A DNA stretch of 64,000 nt from an uncultured Gammaproteobacteria bacterium (GTDB lineage: Bacteria; Pseudomonadota; Gammaproteobacteria; Pseudomonadales; Pseudomonadaceae). This document shows positions 42,511-53,704 of the stretch, piece by piece. Position numbers and translations under genes: made by a program. Position 1 is the first letter of the stretch. Each line of letters opens with the position of its first letter. The notes under the pieces were generated by a model. That model was not told the DNA's origin. It did no database searches and saw nothing but the letters and a program-made list of their open reading frames with translations. Where the stretch lies: NCBI GenBank assembly GCA_963816515.1, contig CAWFKX010000003.1, positions 60,259 through 124,258 on the forward strand, read 5' to 3'.

Positions 42511-42542
42511 CATATTGCGCTACTTGTGCCAAAGCTGCCTAA

Positions 42543-42619
42543 TGGCGCACCCGGCAGGACTCGAACCTGCGACCATCCGCTTAGAAGGCGGATGCTCTAT
42601 CCAGCTGAGCTACGGGCGC
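42543..42619 (-). tRNA. tRNA-Arg(TCT)
   Basis: TCCGC-CTTCTAA-GCGGA anticodon arm, CCA. Confidence 0.95.
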
Positions 42620-42738
42620 TTATGTGAACCGCGATCGGTTACGACTGCGAATTCCAAGCTTCAGTCACGCCGAGTTAAATCGTTAACTCTGCCTGACCTT
42701 CATCACCAGTGCTAGGCTCTGCCCGACAAGTGCGACGA

Positions 42739-42767
42739 ATGTTATAGACGACCGGTCAGGTCGTCAA
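42739..42767 (-). promoter_or_regulatory. Sigma70 promoter of the tRNA cluster
   Basis: TTGACG-N17-TAACAT with an upstream AT-rich tract. Confidence 0.6.
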
Positions 42768-42898
42768 CTCCTTTCTGAAAAAAATTCATTTTATTTAAGG
42801 GCTTAGCTGAATCGCCGGACCAAGCGCCTTTGCCCTGCTTCTATAGCATGAGAGAATGCGCGTACATTTTCTTCCCTCTCGATGGTTAATCACGCGTC

Positions 42899-43753
42899 AT
42901 GACTGCACAACTAATCGACGGCAAGGCGATCGCCGCCAGCCTGCGCCAGCAGATCGCCCAACGGGTCGCCGAGCGTCGCCAGCAAGGCCTGCGTACCCCG
43001 GGCCTCGCCGTGATCCTGGTCGGCAGCGATCCTGCCTCCCAGGTCTATGTCTCGCACAAGCGCAAGGACTGTGAGGAAGTGGGCTTTCTGTCCCAGGCCT
43101 TCGACCTGTCCGCGCAAACCACCCAGAACGAACTGGAAAGCCTGATCGACCGTCTCAATGACGACGCGAACATCGACGGCATCCTCCTGCAGCTGCCGCT
43201 GCCGGCGCACCTGGACGCCTCGAAGCTGCTGGAGCGTATCCGCCCGGACAAAGACGTTGACGGTTTCCACCCGTACAACGTCGGCCGCCTGGCCCAGCGC
43301 ATCCCGCTGCTGCGCCCGTGCACACCCAAAGGCATCATGACCTTGCTGGAAAGCACCGGCCAGGACCTGTACGGCATGAACGCCGTGGTGGTCGGGGCGT
43401 CCAACATCGTCGGCCGCCCGATGGCCATGGAACTGCTGCTGGCTGGCTGCACCGTGACGGTGACCCACCGCTTCACCAAGGACCTGGCGGGCCACGTCGG
43501 CCGCGCTGACCTGGTGGTAGTGGCCGCCGGCAAGCCGGGCCTGGTCAAGGGCGAGTGGATCAAGGAAGGCGCCATCGTCATTGACGTCGGCATCAACCGC
43601 CAGGCCGATGGCAAGCTGGTGGGTGACGTGGTCTACGAGACCGCCCTGCCCCGCGCCGGCTGGATCACCCCGGTACCCGGCGGTGTCGGCCCCATGACCC
43701 GTGCCTGCCTGCTGGAAAACACCTTGTATGCCTGCGAAGCCCTGCATGCCTGA
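42899..43753 (+). CDS. folD: Methylene-THF dehydrogenase/cyclohydrolase
   Basis: [25 protein letters not shown]. Confidence 0.97.
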   Translation: MTAQLIDGKAIAASLRQQIAQRVAERRQQGLRTPGLAVILVGSDPASQVYVSHKRKDCEEVGFLSQAFDLSAQTTQNELESLIDRLNDDANIDGILLQLPLPAHLDASKLLERIRPDKDVDGFHPYNVGRLAQRIPLLRPCTPKGIMTLLESTGQDLYGMNAVVVGASNIVGRPMAMELLLAGCTVTVTHRFTKDLAGHVGRADLVVVAAGKPGLVKGEWIKEGAIVIDVGINRQADGKLVGDVVYETALPRAGWITPVPGGVGPMTRACLLENTLYACEALHA

Positions 43754-43770
43754 GTGAAACAGCGCCGGTG

Positions 43771-43809
43771 AAAAACGCCGCATGCCCGCCCGGGCTGTGG
43801 CGTTTTTTT
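43771..43809 (+). terminator. Terminator after folD
   Basis: AAAAACGCCGCA...TGTGGCGTTTTTTT. Confidence 0.65.
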
Positions 43810-43918
43810 ATCGCCCGCCACGGCCTGGCAGCAAACCCGCGGGTGGTATCTATTCCTCGCACCCCCGGCAGCCCTGGCCCCTAGCATGGCACCTTTCTCA
43901 ACGACGAAAGGATTTGTC

Positions 43919-46900
43919 ATGCCCAGCACTCCCGCGCAATTACCCAACGCCTCACAAAGCCCCCACTACGTCATTGCCGAGCGCGCCGTTCCTGGCTGGC
44001 TGGCGAACGGGGCGCCCGACACGCTGCGCATCTTGCGCAGCAAAGGCGTACCCTCCCTTCCCTGGCTGGACGACGCCCGACAAACAGAACCTCAAGCCGT
44101 GACTGCCCTGCAGAAAGCCTGGGCCGGTCACTACCACGATACAACGCAGGTCAATGCCGTGCTGGCCCAGCTGCCTGCCGTGGAGGATTTCGCCGAACCA
44201 CTGCTCAAGGCCGCCATTGAGGCACGCTTTGGGGCCGTTGTGGACGTGACCGCCACCTACTTGTTCAATGCCTCGCGGGTGTTGATCAACGACTCGTTCA
44301 TGACGGCGTCCCAGGACCCGTTAGTGGCGATGCACCGCGCCATGAAGGCAGCCACCAGCTCCCTGCTGCAAGCAGCGCTGCAGAATTTCGAGGCCCGAGA
44401 GGCCATTCCAGGGGGCATGGACAATGGCGCAACGTTGGCAGGCATTTTCTCCGCGCACCCGGTGATGGGCACCTCGCTGGTCGGAACGCCGCTACCGATC
44501 GCACCGGATGAATTCGCGTCACTCTGCCGCGAACTCGACTTAGGCCAGCAATACCAAAGCGCCATCCAGGCCGCCATGACGCCATCCGACCTGCCCGGCG
44601 ATAGCCCAGGCAGCGCCGCCATCAACATCAGCACTCGCTTCAAGCTGTTCGAGCAGTCGGCCCTCACCGTGCAAGCACGTATCGCCTGCCTCAAAAAGGA
44701 CATCGATCCGGCAACTCAGGCGCTGGTGCTGGACATTGCCGGCAACAGGCAGTCCGAGCGCTGTGCGTTCCTGACGCTGTTCGGCATCGAAACCAGTGCC
44801 ATCGTGATCCTCGCCGACAAGCCAGCCCCGCAGACCTTCATTGTGTACCTGCCCGATGACCCGGTGGCACCGGTGAAGGGATATGCCTCCATGGAGGCGT
44901 TCGCCGATGACCTGCGTCAGAAAATGACGTCGCCCGGCTACACGCGGTTCTTCGCGCGCTTCGTACCGGCGCGCGTGCGCAATCAGTTTTTCAGCCTGCT
45001 GCACAAAACGCTTTATCCCCTGACCTGGAACAGCTTTTACCGGGCGTACGAGGAGAGGTTCGATGCCAACGCCAACCTTCATCTGGCCACCGTGCCACTT
45101 CCCACGTTTTTCCTGACAGCCGTGCATGACAAGCACCTGGCCACACTGAAAGACGACGCACTGTTTCATGCCGTGCCGACTGCCGTGGAGAACCAGAAAA
45201 CCCATGACGAAAAAATCCAGTATTTCGTCTCCGCATTTTTTGAGGCGGCCAACATCGCTGCCTTTGTCGTCCCCGGCCTGGGCGAGGTGATGCTCGCCGT
45301 GACGGCGCTGGAGCTGTGTCACACGGTGTACGAAGGCTTTGCCAGCCTTGCCCATGGCGATCGCGATGCTGCCTTTGACTACTTGATGGACGTGATCGAC
45401 AACGTGGCGATGATGGCGCTGATGGCTGCCGCCGGCGGCGCCGCATCCCACGGCACACCAGGCGTGGCCGCCCCGGAGGCGGTACAAGGCATGAAGCCGG
45501 TCAGCTTGCCAGACGGCACACAGCGGCTATGGCAGCCCGACCTTGCGCCTTTCCACCACGATATAGTGCTGCCCGCCGACCTGAAGCCAAATGAGCTCGG
45601 ACTGTACGACTACCAGGGCAAGCAGTGGCTGCCGCTGGACGGACGCCTGCATGCGGTGAAACCACCCGCGGGCGACGCCCCGTACCGCCTGGAGCACCCC
45701 ACTCGTGCTAACAGTTACGAGCCACCCCTGCGCCACAATGGCAAAGGTGCCTGGCTGCACGAGCTTGACCAGCCCGGCGAATGGGAGGGCCCAACGCTGT
45801 TCAAGCGCCTTGGGCAGCGCGCCGCGGCATTCTCCGATGCACAAGCCACGCAGATCATGCGCGTCAGCGGTACACATGAAGCGGTGTTGCGCCGCTCGCT
45901 CGCCGAAGCACAACGACCACCGGCACTGCTGGAGGACACCTTGGCGCGCTTCCAGCTGGACCAGGACCTGGACACCTTCATCATTCAGCTGGAAACCGGC
46001 AACGCCGCAGACCCCGAACTGCAATTGCAATTGCTCAGTGAAGAGCCAGGCTGGCCCGCCAACCGGGTGCTCACGCTGCTCGACAGCGACGGCCAGGCCG
46101 TTCGCCAATTTGGGCCGCTGCGGGGCGACCAGGCGGCCGCCCCCGTGATCGTGCGCCCAGGCGACGACGTGTTGCCCAGCATCCTCGAACAACTGACCGT
46201 GAGGGAAAATCGCGACCTGTTCGGCGAAGAATTCGGCTCGAGCAACCTGGGTACTGCGCGCCGCGCGCAGATGCTGCGCAAACAACTGGCCGACAGCGCT
46301 CGCGTGCGGCGTAACGAGCTGTTCGCCCTGCGCTATGACCAGTTGCAACACAACGACAGCCCGTTCGTGCAGAGGCTGCGCCAAACCTTCAAGGGGCTGC
46401 CGACGAGCATTGCCGAAGAGCTGGAGGCCAACGCTACCCAGGCCGAACTCACCCTGCTGCGAACCGAGGGCAAGCTGCCTGAACGAATCGCCGGCGAGGC
46501 GCGGGTGTACCAGCAGAAACTTCGCCTGGCGCGTGCCTATGAAGGTCTGTTTTTGGACAGCGTGCAAACACTGGACAGCGAGAAGGTCAAGTTGCACAGC
46601 GTCGAGGCGCTGCCAGGCTGGAGCAACGAGGTCAACGTGCAAGTTCATGACGGCCGTTTCGGCGGGCCGCAATTGGACAGCGTCGGGCCGGACCAGGCCC
46701 CTGTGCGCAAAGTGCTGGTCAAGCAGGATGACCTCTACCAGGCGCGCGACGAAGACGACGGTCACCTGCACGGCAACGACAACCTCTATGGTGCACTGCT
46801 ACACGCCCTGCCCGACGGGCCGCGCGCGCAGCTGGGTTTTCCCCATGTGGGCCAGAAGACAGACCTTCAATACACCGTGCGCCAGGCACCGCTGCTGCCA

Positions 46901-49807
46901 CGGCGCAAGGTGCAAGAGCTGCTGCAAACCCAACCGACAAAACCCGGCGAGAAGTCGCCGATGCGCCTGGCCGAAGGCCGGCCCGGCGATCCAGTCACGA
47001 CAACCGAGCGGATCATTACCGACGATTCATTGCTGGACAAGCTGCGCATCCTGGACCTGGACGCAGCGCTGGACAGCGATGCCGAAGCGCTATTGACCAA
47101 GCTCGAGCAGGCTGGGCTGACGCGAACCGGCATCGACACGCGCCTTAATCAATTGCTCAGCGAACAGCAGGCGCTGCAATCCAGCCTGGACCAATGGGCA
47201 CTGGACTCGGCCAGCCAGCCACCCTTGCCACCCGCCCGCCAACTGAGCCGGCAGCGCATTGCCGAGGCGCTGTGGCGGCACTGGCGGGCGAACGCGCTGC
47301 CTGAGCTAGGCGCCGGTCACACGCCGCTGCAATTGGACGGAGTGATTTTGCAGGATTTCCCCCAGACGTTGCCCGACTTCATTTCCGAGCGCACGCAGGC
47401 CCTCAGGCTGAGCGATTTCAGCCCCCACGCCGAAAACCTCTCCCCACAGATGCCAGTGTCCGCCGTACTGGCCGAAATCAGCACCAATACCGATACCCTC
47501 ACTGCATTCTTTCGCCGCTTCCCGCGCGTCACCCGCCTGAGCCTGCGTGGCACCCGCCATCACCTGTACAGCTCGCGCCAGCCCTGGACACAACTGGTGC
47601 GCGAGCATTTTCCCGGTCTCACCGAACTGGAGCTCATGGACATGTCATTGTTCATCGACGCCAATGACATGGCTGACCTGCGCGCGCTGACCGAGTTGCG
47701 CCGGCTCGACCTGAGCAATAATTTCCTGCACGCGCAGCCAAACTTCGCCGGCCTGACGTTGGATTACCTGGGATTGGACCGCACCGTGCTGGGCAACGCC
47801 GGCACGCTCCACCAGACCGCGCTCGACCCCGCGCTGCTGGATCACGTACGTGAGCTCTCGCTGAGGGGCAATCGCATCACCGATTTGCCGCCCGCCCTCC
47901 TGGCCAATCCGCAAAGCACTGGCCCCGTGACCCGCCTGATCCTCAATAACAACCCGTTGCCACGCTCCACCCTGATGGAAGCGTGCATGAGCGAAGGCCC
48001 AGGCAGCCGCTACCAATTCAGCGTCGACTTGCCCCCCTCTACCCTGCAAACCTTGGCCAGCCAGCGCGATGAGTTGGCACGCATCCTGGCCGATTGGACC
48101 GAAGCCGGCACCTCATCAACCCTCCAGAACGATGCGCAGCTCATTGCCCGCCGCGAGTTTGCCCAGCGCCTGACCGCGTTCTGGCGGGCGTCGCGACTGA
48201 ATGAAAGCGCGCCCTTGCTGGAGCTGACAGGGGTTGATGCGACGAATTTTCCCGCATCGTTGCCAGCGTTTTTCACGGAGCGCGTCGACCGCCTGCGCCT
48301 GGTGAAGCCGGTGGCCAGCGAAGCCCAATTGAACCAGTTGCTGCGCCGTTTCCCGAACCTGGAGAGCCTCACCATGGATGGCCACGTCACGCCTCTGCAG
48401 CGCCTGCCGGCAGCGGTGGGCGAGCTGCAGTACATGCAGTTTCTGGAGTTGCACAACCTGGGGCTGACCATCGACCAGCCCCTGCTGGACAACCTGGCGC
48501 GAAACGCGGTGCTCAGGGCACTGTCACTGGATGGCAACACCTTGGGCATCATCAACGATGCAACGGTGCTGCGGCGCACTGACCTCAACTCGCTGAGCCT
48601 GGAAAACTTCGGCCTGAGCGACTGGCCCGATTGGCTCGACAGCCTGCTGCCCCGACCATTGGCCAGCCTGAGCCTGGAGAACAATCAACTGAGCGCTGTG
48701 CCCGACTACCTGCTGACAAACGCCCGCAGCAGCGACCACGTCACCCACATCAACCTGCGCAACAATCCCTTGCCCGAAGACGTCATGCGCAGCCTGCAAG
48801 TATCGGAGTCCTATTCAAGCAGCTATACGTTCGACACGGATTTACTGGAGGACGTGAACTCCGCCAACAGTGATGGCGAAAGCGACGGCTCATCGGGCTC
48901 CAGTTCCTCCGGCCACTCGCCCCATGGGCCTGCGACGGCAACCGCAGCGGCAACCGCGGAACCCTGGCTCACCCATGGAGATGTTGAAGTGGAGCCAGCC
49001 CGGCGCCACACCTGGGAACAATTGCGCGAGCACGGCGATGCGGACAATCTGCTTGGGTTGGTCGACCACCTGCGCGCCAGTGCCGATTACCGTTCAAGCA
49101 AAAACCGCGCGGCGCTGACCGAGCGTGTCTGGTCAGTGCTGGACGCCGCTGCCCAGGACACCGAATTGCGTCAACTGCTCGATGCCACCGCAGAGGAGCC
49201 GCTACAACTGGTACAAGCCAACGACACGTGCCCGGACGGCGTGCGCCTGGCGTTCAACCAGATAGAAGTGCAGGTCTTCACCCGCCAGGCCTTGCAGGAT
49301 GCGTCCGGGGCCCAGCGTGGCGAGCGCTTCAACCGTCTGATGCGGCAGATGTACCGCCTGGACGAGCTGGACCGGATCGCCATTGAAAACACCGGCTTGC
49401 GCGATGAAGCGGAAGTGCGCCTGGTGTACCGCTTGCGCCTTGCCCCGGCCCTGGACTTGCCGCAACCGCCAGCAGCCATGCTGTACGCGTCCGCCGCCGA
49501 CCTCAGCCCCATGGAGCTGGAAAATGCCCTTGCCCAGGTGCAATTGGGTGAACGCGGCGATGCGCTGTTGAGTTATGCGGTGAGGCAGGACTTCTGGCAG
49601 AGCTATTTGCGCGAGACGTATCCCGAGCGCTTCCAGGCGTTGCGGGATGAATACCAGACGCGAGTACTGGCATTGACGGATGCGTATCCCGAAGAAACCC
49701 AGGATCAGATAGGCGAGCGCATCATGCTGCTGGATCAGCAGTTGCGTGATGATGAGGAGATGTTGATGAAGGAGCTGACCAACCAGCAGAGCCAGTTGTA
49801 TTCGTGA
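43919..49807 (+). CDS. Large toxin-like protein: dermonecrotic-toxin-like N-terminus, LRRs, C-terminal NEL E3 ubiquitin ligase
   Basis: ~1962 aa; RBS GAAAGGA; CRELDLGQQYQ and LRHNGKGAW motifs; LxxLxLxxNxL repeats; TCPDG, DEAEVRLVYR, FWQSYL NEL-type motifs. Confidence 0.85.
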   Translation: MPSTPAQLPNASQSPHYVIAERAVPGWLANGAPDTLRILRSKGVPSLPWLDDARQTEPQAVTALQKAWAGHYHDTTQVNAVLAQLPAVEDFAEPLLKAAIEARFGAVVDVTATYLFNASRVLINDSFMTASQDPLVAMHRAMKAATSSLLQAALQNFEAREAIPGGMDNGATLAGIFSAHPVMGTSLVGTPLPIAPDEFASLCRELDLGQQYQSAIQAAMTPSDLPGDSPGSAAINISTRFKLFEQSALTVQARIACLKKDIDPATQALVLDIAGNRQSERCAFLTLFGIETSAIVILADKPAPQTFIVYLPDDPVAPVKGYASMEAFADDLRQKMTSPGYTRFFARFVPARVRNQFFSLLHKTLYPLTWNSFYRAYEERFDANANLHLATVPLPTFFLTAVHDKHLATLKDDALFHAVPTAVENQKTHDEKIQYFVSAFFEAANIAAFVVPGLGEVMLAVTALELCHTVYEGFASLAHGDRDAAFDYLMDVIDNVAMMALMAAAGGAASHGTPGVAAPEAVQGMKPVSLPDGTQRLWQPDLAPFHHDIVLPADLKPNELGLYDYQGKQWLPLDGRLHAVKPPAGDAPYRLEHPTRANSYEPPLRHNGKGAWLHELDQPGEWEGPTLFKRLGQRAAAFSDAQATQIMRVSGTHEAVLRRSLAEAQRPPALLEDTLARFQLDQDLDTFIIQLETGNAADPELQLQLLSEEPGWPANRVLTLLDSDGQAVRQFGPLRGDQAAAPVIVRPGDDVLPSILEQLTVRENRDLFGEEFGSSNLGTARRAQMLRKQLADSARVRRNELFALRYDQLQHNDSPFVQRLRQTFKGLPTSIAEELEANATQAELTLLRTEGKLPERIAGEARVYQQKLRLARAYEGLFLDSVQTLDSEKVKLHSVEALPGWSNEVNVQVHDGRFGGPQLDSVGPDQAPVRKVLVKQDDLYQARDEDDGHLHGNDNLYGALLHALPDGPRAQLGFPHVGQKTDLQYTVRQAPLLPRRKVQELLQTQPTKPGEKSPMRLAEGRPGDPVTTTERIITDDSLLDKLRILDLDAALDSDAEALLTKLEQAGLTRTGIDTRLNQLLSEQQALQSSLDQWALDSASQPPLPPARQLSRQRIAEALWRHWRANALPELGAGHTPLQLDGVILQDFPQTLPDFISERTQALRLSDFSPHAENLSPQMPVSAVLAEISTNTDTLTAFFRRFPRVTRLSLRGTRHHLYSSRQPWTQLVREHFPGLTELELMDMSLFIDANDMADLRALTELRRLDLSNNFLHAQPNFAGLTLDYLGLDRTVLGNAGTLHQTALDPALLDHVRELSLRGNRITDLPPALLANPQSTGPVTRLILNNNPLPRSTLMEACMSEGPGSRYQFSVDLPPSTLQTLASQRDELARILADWTEAGTSSTLQNDAQLIARREFAQRLTAFWRASRLNESAPLLELTGVDATNFPASLPAFFTERVDRLRLVKPVASEAQLNQLLRRFPNLESLTMDGHVTPLQRLPAAVGELQYMQFLELHNLGLTIDQPLLDNLARNAVLRALSLDGNTLGIINDATVLRRTDLNSLSLENFGLSDWPDWLDSLLPRPLASLSLENNQLSAVPDYLLTNARSSDHVTHINLRNNPLPEDVMRSLQVSESYSSSYTFDTDLLEDVNSANSDGESDGSSGSSSSGHSPHGPATATAAATAEPWLTHGDVEVEPARRHTWEQLREHGDADNLLGLVDHLRASADYRSSKNRAALTERVWSVLDAAAQDTELRQLLDATAEEPLQLVQANDTCPDGVRLAFNQIEVQVFTRQALQDASGAQRGERFNRLMRQMYRLDELDRIAIENTGLRDEAEVRLVYRLRLAPALDLPQPPAAMLYASAADLSPMELENALAQVQLGERGDALLSYAVRQDFWQSYLRETYPERFQALRDEYQTRVLALTDAYPEETQDQIGERIMLLDQQLRDDEEMLMKELTNQQSQLYS

Positions 49808-49830
49808 CGCCTGGCGGCGTGACGCGGCTG

Positions 49831-49869
49831 GCGGCCGCTGCTACATGAATGCATCGTAGCAGCGGCCGC
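49831..49869. repeat. GTAG-type REP inverted repeat between convergent genes
   Basis: Perfect 14-bp arms GCGGCCGCTGCTAC / GTAGCAGCGGCCGC. Confidence 0.65.
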
Positions 49870-49884
49870 CTGGCCACGTGGTGA

Positions 49885-51267
49885 TCAGTCGGCCAAGCGC
49901 CAGGTCGTGCCGCCCTTGCCGTCTTCCAGCACAACGCCCATGGCGGTGAGCTGGTCGCGGATGCGGTCCGACTCGGCCCAGTCCTTGCCCGCGCGCGCTG
50001 CCAGGCGCGCCTCGATCAAGGCATCGACTTCAGCCGCATCAACGCGACCTTCGGCACCCGCACGCAGGAAGTCATCGGCTTCCAGCTGCAGCACGCCCAG
50101 CAGGCCGCCCAGCTCACGCAGGCGCCCGGCCAGGCCAGCCGCGGCGTCGACGTCGCTGTCACGCAGGCGGTTGATCTCGCGCACCAGGTCGAACAGCACC
50201 GCGCAGGCTTCCGGGGTGGCGAAGTCATCGTTCATGGCGTCGGTGAACCGCGCCACGTACTCTTCACCGCCCGCGGCCGCCACGTTCGGCAGGCCCTTGA
50301 GCGCATGGTAGAAGCGCTCCAGCGCACCCTTGGACTCGCGCAGGCTGTCCTCGGAGTAGTTGATGGAGCTGCGGTAGTGGCTGGACACCAGCAGGTAGCG
50401 CACCACCTCCGGAGGGTACTTGGCCAGCACGTCGCGAATGGTGAAGTAGTTGCCCAGGGACTTGGACATCTTCTCGCCATTGATGCGAATCATGCCGCAG
50501 TGCATCCAGGCATTGGCGTACGGCTTGCCGGTGGCAGCCTCGCTCTGGGCGATCTCGTTCTCGTGGTGCGGGAACTCCAGGTCGTTGCCACCGCCGTGAA
50601 TATCGAAGGTGTCGCCCAGGCAGCAGGTCGACATCACCGAGCACTCAATGTGCCAGCCCGGACGGCCCGGGCCCCACGGCGACTCCCAGCTCGGTTCGCC
50701 AGGCTTGACGCCCTTCCACAGCACGAAGTCGAGCGGGTCCTGCTTGGCCTCATCCACCTCGATGCGTGCGCCAATGCGCAGGTCTTCGATCTTCTTGCGC
50801 GACAGCTTGCCGTAGCCCACGAACTTGCCGACGCGGTAATACACGTCGCCGTTGCCCGGGGCGTAGGCATAGCCTTTGTCGATCAAGGTCTGGATCATGG
50901 CGTGCATGCCAACGATATGATCGGTGGCGCGCGGCTCCAGGTCCGGCTTGAGGATATTCAGGCGTGCCTCGTCCTCGTGCATCGCGGCGATCATGCGCTC
51001 GGTCAGGGCGTCGAAGCTTTCGCCATTGTCCCGCGCGCGGTTGATGATCTTGTCGTCGATGTCGGTGATGTTGCGCACGTACGTCAGGTCGTAGCCGCTA
51101 TGGCGCAGCCAGCGGGTCACCAGGTCGAAGGCGATCATGCTGCGGCCATGGCCAATGTGGCAGAAGTCGTACACGGTCATGCCGCACACGTACATCCGCA
51201 CCTTGTTGCCGTCCAGCGGCTTGAAGACTTCCTTGCTCTTGGTGAGCGTGTTGTAGATCGATAGCAC
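49885..51267 (-). CDS. cysS: Cysteine--tRNA ligase
   Basis: [19 protein letters not shown]. Confidence 0.98.
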   Translation of the reverse strand: MLSIYNTLTKSKEVFKPLDGNKVRMYVCGMTVYDFCHIGHGRSMIAFDLVTRWLRHSGYDLTYVRNITDIDDKIINRARDNGESFDALTERMIAAMHEDEARLNILKPDLEPRATDHIVGMHAMIQTLIDKGYAYAPGNGDVYYRVGKFVGYGKLSRKKIEDLRIGARIEVDEAKQDPLDFVLWKGVKPGEPSWESPWGPGRPGWHIECSVMSTCCLGDTFDIHGGGNDLEFPHHENEIAQSEAATGKPYANAWMHCGMIRINGEKMSKSLGNYFTIRDVLAKYPPEVVRYLLVSSHYRSSINYSEDSLRESKGALERFYHALKGLPNVAAAGGEEYVARFTDAMNDDFATPEACAVLFDLVREINRLRDSDVDAAAGLAGRLRELGGLLGVLQLEADDFLRAGAEGRVDAAEVDALIEARLAARAGKDWAESDRIRDQLTAMGVVLEDGKGGTTWRLAD

Positions 51268-51276
51268 GATGATTCC

Positions 51277-52986
51277 TTAGCTGCCCCACGAGTCGCGCAG
51301 GGTGACAGTACGGTTGAATACCGGACGACCAGGCTGGGTGTCTTTCAGGTCGGCGCAGAAGTAGCCTTCGCGCTCGAACTGGAAACGGTCTTCGGGTTGT
51401 GCGTTGCCCAGCGAAGGCTCGGCACGGCAACCGGTCAGCACTTGCAGCGAATCAGGATTGATGTTGTCCAGGAAGGTGGCGCCTTCCTCGGCTTTTTCCG
51501 GGCTCGGAGAGCGGAACAGGCGATCGTACAGGCGAACTTCGCACTCCACGCTGGCGGCGGCCGGCACCCAGTGAATCACGCCCTTGACCTTGCGGCCCTC
51601 GGGGTTCTTGCCCAGGGTGTCGGGGTCGTAGCTGCACAGCAGCTCGACGATGTTGCCATCGGCGTCCTTGATGGCTTCGTCGGCGCGGATCACGTAGCTG
51701 CCGCGCAGGCGCACTTCACCGGCCGGCTCCAGGCGCTTGTAGCCCTTTGGCGGCTCTTCCATGAAGTCGTCGCGGTCGATGTAGATTTCGCGGGCGAACG
51801 GCAGCACGCGAACACCCATGTCTTCCTTCGGGTGGCGTGGCAGCTCCAGGGTTTCTTCCTGGCCTTCGGGGTAGTTGGTGATCGTCACTTTCAGCGGGCG
51901 CAGCACGCACATGGCACGCGGGGCGTTGCGGTCCAGGTCGTCGCGGATGCTGAATTCCAGCATGTTCATGTCCACCACGCCGTCGGAGCGGTTGGTGCCG
52001 ATCATTTCGCAGAAGTTGCGAATGGACGCGGCGGTGTAGCCACGACGGCGGAAGCCCGACAAGGTGGACATGCGCGGGTCGTCCCAGCCGTGCACGTGCT
52101 GCTCGTCCACCAGTTGCTTGAGCTTGCGCTTGCTGGTCACGGTGTAGCTCAGGTTCAGGCGGCTGAATTCATACTGGCGCGGATGGCTGGGCACCGGCAG
52201 GTTGTCCAGGAACCAGTCGTACAGCGGGCGATGGCCTTCGAACTCCAGGGTACAGATGGAGTGGGTGATGCCTTCGATGGCGTCGGACTGGCCATGGGTG
52301 AAGTCATAGTTGGGGTAGATGCACCATGTGTCACCGGTCTGGTGGTGGTGGGCATGGCGGATGCGGTACAGGATCGGGTCGCGCAGGTTCATGTTCGGCG
52401 AAGCCATGTCGATCTTGGCGCGCAGCACGCGCTCGCCGTCCTTGAACTCGCCAGCCTTCATGCGCGCGAACAGGTCCAGGTTCTCTTCCACCGAACGCTC
52501 GCGGAACGGGCTGTTCTTGCCAGGCTCGGTCAGGCTGCCGCGGTATTCACGGGCCTGTTCCGGGGTCAGGTCGCACACGTAGGCCTTGCCGGCCTTGATC
52601 AGGTCGACGGCCCACGCGTGCAACTGGTCGAAATACTGCGAGGCATAACGCACTTCGCCGGCCCATTCAAAGCCCAGCCATTTCACGTCACGCTCGATGG
52701 CGTCGATGTATTCCTGGTCTTCCTTGGCCGGGTTGGTGTCGTCGAAGCGCAGGTGGCAGACGCCGCCCAGCTCCTTGGCCAGGCCGAAGTTCACGCAGAT
52801 CGACTTGGCGTGGCCAATGTGCAGGTAGCCGTTGGGCTCCGGCGGGAAGCGGGTGACGATGCTGCTGTGCTTGCCCGAGTCCAGGTCCGCCTGCAGGATG
52901 GGACGCAGGAAATTGGTCGGAACCACGGGAGCGCCTTTAGCGTTGGCGGCGGCATTGGGAGCGTTATCGGCGGTGGGCTTGCTCAT
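51277..52986 (-). CDS. glnS: Glutamine--tRNA ligase
   Basis: [24 protein letters not shown]. Confidence 0.98.
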   Translation of the reverse strand: MSKPTADNAPNAAANAKGAPVVPTNFLRPILQADLDSGKHSSIVTRFPPEPNGYLHIGHAKSICVNFGLAKELGGVCHLRFDDTNPAKEDQEYIDAIERDVKWLGFEWAGEVRYASQYFDQLHAWAVDLIKAGKAYVCDLTPEQAREYRGSLTEPGKNSPFRERSVEENLDLFARMKAGEFKDGERVLRAKIDMASPNMNLRDPILYRIRHAHHHQTGDTWCIYPNYDFTHGQSDAIEGITHSICTLEFEGHRPLYDWFLDNLPVPSHPRQYEFSRLNLSYTVTSKRKLKQLVDEQHVHGWDDPRMSTLSGFRRRGYTAASIRNFCEMIGTNRSDGVVDMNMLEFSIRDDLDRNAPRAMCVLRPLKVTITNYPEGQEETLELPRHPKEDMGVRVLPFAREIYIDRDDFMEEPPKGYKRLEPAGEVRLRGSYVIRADEAIKDADGNIVELLCSYDPDTLGKNPEGRKVKGVIHWVPAAASVECEVRLYDRLFRSPSPEKAEEGATFLDNINPDSLQVLTGCRAEPSLGNAQPEDRFQFEREGYFCADLKDTQPGRPVFNRTVTLRDSWGS

Positions 52987-53200
52987 AGGATCCTTGAAAA
53001 CGTACCTGTGGCCATGGGTAGGCCGACTAAATCAAAGCGCTTATCATAGCCGAAGCTGTCAAGTCGCTGACAGGCCAGTCTGCCGGGTTTCGCCGGCCGT
53101 CTGCGAAAAAACAGCGTCGAAATGCGTATCGCGACCTGTAAACTGCGCGTCAGGGTTATAAACGACCCGCCAAATTCTCTAAAGAAGAGCGAATCCTGAA

Positions 53201-53704
53201 ATGTCCAAAGTAAAACTGACTACCAACTTCGGCGACATCGTACTGCAGCTGAACGCCGAAAAGGCCCCGATAACCGTGGCCAACTTCATTGAATACGTGA
53301 ACGCTGGCCACTACGCCAACACCGTGTTCCACCGCGTCATCAGCAACTTCATGATCCAGGGCGGCGGTTTCGAGCCTGGCATGAAGGAAAAGAAAGACAA
53401 GCGCCCAAGCATCCAGAACGAAGCCAACAACGGCCTTTCCAACGCCAAGTACACCGTGGCCATGGCCCGTACCATGGAGCCGCATTCGGCGTCGGCGCAG
53501 TTCTTCATCAACGTCGCCGACAACACCTTCCTGAACCACAGCGCACCGACCGTTCAAGGCTGGGGCTACGCCGTGTTCGGTGAAGTGATCGAAGGCAATG
53601 ACGTGGTCGACAAGATCAAGGGCGTGGCCACTGGCTCCAAGTCCGGCCACCAGGACGTACCGGTAGAAGACGTGGTAATCGAGAAAGCCGAGATCGTTGA
53701 GTGA
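53201..53704 (+). CDS. ppiB: Cyclophilin-type PPIase B
   Basis: FHRVI..FMIQGGG, AMART, QFFIN. Confidence 0.96.
   Translation: MSKVKLTTNFGDIVLQLNAEKAPITVANFIEYVNAGHYANTVFHRVISNFMIQGGGFEPGMKEKKDKRPSIQNEANNGLSNAKYTVAMARTMEPHSASAQFFINVADNTFLNHSAPTVQGWGYAVFGEVIEGNDVVDKIKGVATGSKSGHQDVPVEDVVIEKAEIVE

Noticed and set aside
42130-42511. ~110-bp direct repeat (tRNA-His plus downstream hairpin) as attL/attR of an island
   Set aside because: Both copies are full tRNAs flanking only tRNA-Leu; Arg-His-Leu-His is the usual Pseudomonas cluster; no integrase present
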